Shown: piece by piece, positions 59,508 through 64,000 of the stretch | Numbering within the stretch: the first letter of the stretch is position 1 | Layout of the letters: each line of letters opens with the position of its first letter | DNA from: a virus | Length of the DNA: 64,000 nucleotides | Strand: one strand, 5' to 3' | Virus record (IMG/VR): IMGVR_UViG_3300022910_000005 | Coordinates: 1 to 64,000 of that record | Program-made: the position numbers and the translations under genes | The notes under the pieces: model-generated | Seen by the model: only the letters and a program-made list of their open reading frames with translations | Database searches by the model: none | Told to the model about the DNA's origin: nothing

Positions 59508-60619
59508 GTAATGGCCTCCTCGCACCGCAGGCGCGTGTGGTCGCCCTGCACGTTCACCAGCGGGATCGTTCCGCTGATCACCTTGTACCGGCCGTCGGTG
59601 GACGAACGGTTGTCGATCACGTTGATCACGTCGTAGATGTCGTGGCCGGGATGTCCACGGGTGAAGATCTCGACCTCCTGCTTCATTCCGCTGACGCGGG
59701 GCAGGGTTTCAGCAGCGATGGCGGCGGCCTGCACGTCGTTGACGATGATGTCGGACCAGACGCCGTACGGACGGCGGCCGAAAGGTCCGTCCGAATAGGT
59801 GGCACTGTTCGGGTCCGTGTCCCACAGTTCAGCGCGGATCGGCAGGTAGTCGGGATGCTGGCCGCGCACGATGACGCCGGAGTAGACCGCGTCCACCGGC
59901 CGGAACCTCCTGGACACATTCATCAGCACGCTGTGCAGACCGGTGGTGTACGTGACCCCGGTGTCCACTTCGGTGATCGGTTCGACGACCGCCTGCCCCA
60001 ACTGGTCGAAATAGCAGACGTACGAGGATGCTTCGCACAACGCACGGATCGCATCCCACGGCGACGTCAGCCGGTCGAACACCACCTCGGGCGTCACCCA
60101 CGCTGACGTGGTGACGCGGATGGCGACCGTCGGCATCCGGGCGGCGATGATCGCTGCGATGGCCGTGTGGATCGGCGTGCCGTCCTCCACCACCCACGGG
60201 TCCTCGAACCGCCTGCTGCGCAACGAGTCGACCCGGTCGAACCCCTTGATCTCCACGACGGTGCCGTCCGAGTGCGAACGCACCTCCGGCTCGCTGATCC
60301 CGAACACGCCCATCGGAACGTATTCGTAGCCGGACACTCCTTCGTCGTCGGTCACCCACAGACCGCGATAGATCTTCAGTTCCGTGCCTTTTGGCGTGAG
60401 CAGGTCGGTCGCCTTCGTGGGCGTCAGTTCGCCGTCCGCGTCGCTGATCGTGAAGTGGGCCTCCCGCCGCACCGCAACGTCGTCGATGCCGATGTAGCCG
60501 GAGATCAGCACGTCCAACGTTGTGATGAGCGTGTCCGCGTACAGCACGTCGATCTTCGTCGACCATCTCCGGGTGGAGTCGAGCAGCGCAAGGTCGAACG
60601 CCTTGCTGGTCCTCCACAC
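59504..60619 (-). CDS. minor tail / baseplate hub protein (DUF5047-like)
   Basis: VRR, LLTP.G.E...YRG, VPMGVF, YSGVIVRG, GPFGR motifs. Confidence 0.8.
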   Translation of the reverse strand: MWRTSKAFDLALLDSTRRWSTKIDVLYADTLITTLDVLISGYIGIDDVAVRREAHFTISDADGELTPTKATDLLTPKGTELKIYRGLWVTDDEGVSGYEYVPMGVFGISEPEVRSHSDGTVVEIKGFDRVDSLRSRRFEDPWVVEDGTPIHTAIAAIIAARMPTVAIRVTTSAWVTPEVVFDRLTSPWDAIRALCEASSYVCYFDQLGQAVVEPITEVDTGVTYTTGLHSVLMNVSRRFRPVDAVYSGVIVRGQHPDYLPIRAELWDTDPNSATYSDGPFGRRPYGVWSDIIVNDVQAAAIAAETLPRVSGMKQEVEIFTRGHPGHDIYDVINVIDNRSSTDGRYKVISGTIPLVNVQGDHTRLRCEEAIT

Positions 60620-63600
60620 TCACTGCCTCCCGAGCGTTGGGTCGATCTCGATGTAGTCGACAACGATGTTGCGATGCCGCTGTGCCTCAACGTTGTACTT
60701 GCGCCGGATCAGCCGAGCGAAAATGATCGCACCGACGGGACTCTGAAGGACGAACGTTGCCGTCCGATCCAGAACGCTCGTTGCGTATTCGATGTCGGCA
60801 GCCTTCACGAAGATGGTCAACGTTCCGGTGGCCGCCTGAAGTCCTTCAGTGTCAACGATCGGGTAGAAGCGTCCGGCCGGACGGTGAACGCTGGACGACT
60901 CGTCGTCCGTCCGATCGTGACCGACAACGTAGCCGTACAGTTCCGCTTCGTCAGCGCTGTCGCAATCGCGGATACCCCAACGTTCGGCCTCCAGGCTGAT
61001 CGTGGCCAGCGCTGACGAACCGCTCGACAGCGTGCTGCCCTGCCCCTGGTCGATGTCGGTGAACGCACGGTAGATCACGTCCTTGCCGAACGGCATCAGC
61101 CGGTCGTACGCGATGGCGATCTGGCGCAGGTTCGGCTTGATCCGCTCCAGGATCGTCGCGAACGTTGTCCCACCGTCATCGCTACGCTCCACCCGCAGCG
61201 TCTCGTTCTGAGCGAAACCTCCCGGCTGGTAAGCAACGACCCGGCCAGGGTGAAAAGACACGTACCCGACGTAGAACACCTCGGACGCTGCTGCCGTGCT
61301 CAGCACCTCCAGGACGACCCGGGCCAACACTGCGCCGACCGGAGCGACGTCCGTAACGTTCGCCTGAGCGTAGGCCGCGTTCGTTGCGTTGACCTGGCTG
61401 GACACCGTCGTTGAGATCAACGTTCCGGTGCCGTCGTCGTCGTCGTACCAGCGGATCGAAACGCGGGCCGCCCGCGTCGTTGTCGCTGCCCGGAACGACG
61501 CCATCAACGTATACGCTGTGCCTTCCTGCACCGGGAACGACAATGGTCGCAGCGGAGCCGGTTCGTCAGCGGTCGGCGGCGGCGGGTCGCCCACCACAGT
61601 GCGAGCGGCCATCGTCCCGGCCGCAACGCTGGTCATCTTGAATCCGATCAGCAGACCGGCCCCGGTGTCCTCGATCTGGTCGGCCAACGTAACGTTCGCG
61701 TCCGACTCCCAGCCGGTCGCACTGCCGTCCTGGTCGGCCGTCAGGAACGACGACTGGCCGGTCAGGTCCAGGCGAGCGCGCGGGACGCCAGACACAAAAT
61801 CGATTGAGTCCACCACCTCCACCAGCGGGCCGGACGGCGGCGTGACGAAGATGCTGAAGGACGAGTAGACCCAGTCGCTGGCGATGGCGGCCACACTCGT
61901 CGCCCGAACGTACGCCCGATACGAAACGTTGTTCGTCAGCGGCAGTTCGATGCGCGCTGACCTGGCGACACTGGAGCCGACCACGCCGGACGTCCACACC
62001 GCGCCGAGCGGGTCCGTCGGTGAGATGCCCGGCCCCTCCGGCACGATGCGGATCTCGTAGTCCCGTTGCGCGTCGAGGCTGGAGTACGTCCACTGCACCA
62101 GCGGCGTGCTCTCCTCGTACACCACGTTCGTCGGGTCGGTCACCACGACGATCGGGCTGGCCGCCGAGATGACGGTGCGCGGGCTCGTGAAGGCGCTGGA
62201 TGAGCCGCTGCTGGACACCACCTGGATCGCCCAGGTGTACGTGACGCCGTTCGTCCACTTGCTGGCCGGGAACGTCACCTGCGACGGGTTGTCCGGGTCC
62301 GTGGTGTTCGTGACCGTGCCGGACTGGAACGCTTGCGTCGTCGCGTTCCAGTACTCCGTCGTTCCACCGTTGACCCGCTTGAACACGTACCCGGCCTCGG
62401 CGTCGCCGGGCGCGATCGGGTTGTACGTCCAGGTGAACGTTCCGCCCAGCGCCAGGTTCAACTTCGCGCCGCTGGCCGGGCTCTCCAGGGTTGGCGTTGG
62501 TGGCGTCCGCACCAGCGTGGTGAGGATCGCCGAGTTCACCGTGTAGACCACGGGATTCGTGCCGGTGATGATCGTGTAGAGGTATGGGATCGTGTTCCGC
62601 TGCGGGTGCCGGGGCAGCGACACCTGCCCGTCCACCGTGGACGGGCTGCGGGCGATCAGCACCGACCAGGCTGACCAGGTCAGCAGCGAGCGGGTGAACT
62701 TGCTGTACCGCACGTCGCCGTCGCCCTGGTCGTGGAAGATCAGGTAGATGTCGTCGGTGACCGGGTCGCACGCCAGGGAGAGCCCGGCCAGTTGGGTGGT
62801 GCCGCCCGGGAGCGCCGGGGGTGAGCGGGTCACCGGGGCGGCCACGCCGTCCCATTCGACGACCGAGATGGAGTTCGCGTTCGCCGACCAGGCGAACATG
62901 TACCGCGCGCCGTCCCACACGCCGCACAGCGTCGTCTTCGGCACGCTGCCGGTCGCCAGGACCACCGGGGTTCCCCAGGTCCACACGCCGCCGCTGTAGG
63001 CCGCCCGGTTGAGCCGGATGCCGCCGGACGCGCCGTACAGGCCGGTCCCCAGGAACAGGTGAGGGGTCGCTGACGGGGTGATGCCGTCGCCCGTGTGCGC
63101 GAACTCCAGGCTGCCGAACTGGGTCGCCTCCAGGCCGCTGGACGGACCCATCGTCGTCGCGCCGACGCTCAGCACGCCCTTGTTGGAGATGTTGACCCGG
63201 GCCACCTGGCAGCCGCCGGTCGTGCCGATCGAGTAGCAGAGGAACGCCGTCCAACCGGTGCCGTTGCGGAAGGCGATCGGGTCCGAGTCGATTGCCAGGC
63301 GGCCACCGGCCGGGCTGATCTTCAGCGTCTTCCAGGACCAGCCGGGGATGTAGTTGCCGCTGGCCAGATCCTTCGCGCTGACGACGGTCGACGTGCCGCC
63401 CTGGAGCGTGGCCGTGTTGTTCGGGGCCTTCGTCGGCGTGCCCCGCGCGTAGATGATGACCTGCGGGTCCAGGTCGTACTGGACGAACGACAGGTGCGCG
63501 TAGCCGTCCTGGTCGACGTACATCGACGGGTTGGCCTTGTTCTGGCCGAGATTCAACTCGGACGTCGGACTCCAGTGCCAGGTGTTACCGGAGTCCCTGC

Positions 63601-63745
63601 TGTAGTAGAACTTGGCGACGCCGCCGGTCGAGCCGGACGCGGAAACCACGACGGCCCAGAAGAACCCGTCCTTGTCCTCCATGATCCGCTTGTCCGGCGA
63701 ACCCTGGAGGGCGAACGTGTTGTTGCCGACGAAGACTTTCGCCAC
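60620..63745 (-). CDS. large minor tail protein
   Basis: 1041 aa, Ser/Thr/Gly-rich, FN3/CBM-like segments; follows the tape measure. Confidence 0.78.
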   Translation of the reverse strand: MAKVFVGNNTFALQGSPDKRIMEDKDGFFWAVVVSASGSTGGVAKFYYSRDSGNTWHWSPTSELNLGQNKANPSMYVDQDGYAHLSFVQYDLDPQVIIYARGTPTKAPNNTATLQGGTSTVVSAKDLASGNYIPGWSWKTLKISPAGGRLAIDSDPIAFRNGTGWTAFLCYSIGTTGGCQVARVNISNKGVLSVGATTMGPSSGLEATQFGSLEFAHTGDGITPSATPHLFLGTGLYGASGGIRLNRAAYSGGVWTWGTPVVLATGSVPKTTLCGVWDGARYMFAWSANANSISVVEWDGVAAPVTRSPPALPGGTTQLAGLSLACDPVTDDIYLIFHDQGDGDVRYSKFTRSLLTWSAWSVLIARSPSTVDGQVSLPRHPQRNTIPYLYTIITGTNPVVYTVNSAILTTLVRTPPTPTLESPASGAKLNLALGGTFTWTYNPIAPGDAEAGYVFKRVNGGTTEYWNATTQAFQSGTVTNTTDPDNPSQVTFPASKWTNGVTYTWAIQVVSSSGSSSAFTSPRTVISAASPIVVVTDPTNVVYEESTPLVQWTYSSLDAQRDYEIRIVPEGPGISPTDPLGAVWTSGVVGSSVARSARIELPLTNNVSYRAYVRATSVAAIASDWVYSSFSIFVTPPSGPLVEVVDSIDFVSGVPRARLDLTGQSSFLTADQDGSATGWESDANVTLADQIEDTGAGLLIGFKMTSVAAGTMAARTVVGDPPPPTADEPAPLRPLSFPVQEGTAYTLMASFRAATTTRAARVSIRWYDDDDGTGTLISTTVSSQVNATNAAYAQANVTDVAPVGAVLARVVLEVLSTAAASEVFYVGYVSFHPGRVVAYQPGGFAQNETLRVERSDDGGTTFATILERIKPNLRQIAIAYDRLMPFGKDVIYRAFTDIDQGQGSTLSSGSSALATISLEAERWGIRDCDSADEAELYGYVVGHDRTDDESSSVHRPAGRFYPIVDTEGLQAATGTLTIFVKAADIEYATSVLDRTATFVLQSPVGAIIFARLIRRKYNVEAQRHRNIVVDYIEIDPTLGRQ

Positions 63746-63757
63746 CGAGCGCCATCC

Positions 63758-64000
63758 TTACTGGCGACGGATCGCCGTGAGCAGATCGTTGGCCAACTGG
63801 CCGCTGGCCCCATCGAACGCCTGCCGGGCCTCGGCCGGGCTGACGCCGTCTCCGACCTGCACCACAACCGACCCGGGGGCAAGGGTCACTGTAGTTGACC
63901 CCCCGCCCTGGCCGGTGCCCGTCGTGCTCGCGACCGCCCGGAACGAGCCTCCGGTGCCCAGGCCCATCGACATCACGTCAGCGATGTCGCGCGCTGCCGC
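63758..64000 (-). CDS. tape measure protein C-terminus (partial)
   Basis: GGGSTTVTLAPGSVVVQV...helix ending; position upstream of minor tail genes. Confidence 0.6.
   Translation of the reverse strand, partial: AAARDIADVMSMGLGTGGSFRAVASTTGTGQGGGSTTVTLAPGSVVVQVGDGVSPAEARQAFDGASGQLANDLLTAIRRQ

Overview
High-GC (roughly two-thirds G+C by eye) segment of a large tailed actinobacterial phage or phage-plasmid. The right end (minus strand) carries the tape-measure C-terminus, minor tail genes, an amidase endolysin and a holin. The centre (mostly minus strand) carries a Prim-Pol/SF3 primase-helicase, PD-(D/E)xK and DEDDh exonucleases, a likely SSB, endonuclease VII, MazG-like, vWA, JAB and SLOG proteins. 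The left 26 kb holds dense small early genes, an SF2 helicase, an HNH nuclease and tandem paralog arrays. The standout feature is a Gram-positive conjugation-type (mating-pair-formation) operon at 48.8-56.2 kb: pilin-like, VirB3-like, VirB4 ATPase, VirB6-like, VirB8/TcpC-like and a transglycosylase-peptidase. It uses the same promoter/operator and terminator sequences as the phage genes. A separate HNH-TM-FtsK/TraB translocase fusion and an SpdA-like membrane protein are also present, which suggests a phage that may also spread by conjugation. Non-coding architecture includes about 18 related TTGACA promoters overlapping a TGACAA-N4-TTGTCA palindrome (many driving leaderless mRNAs), six covarying ACAA-loop hairpins between early genes, two copies of an 88-bp origin-like element 36 kb apart, and three dense AACGTT clusters hidden inside coding sequence. 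No integrase, relaxase, tRNA or CRISPR array was recognised. All calls are by eye from motifs; no database searches were run.
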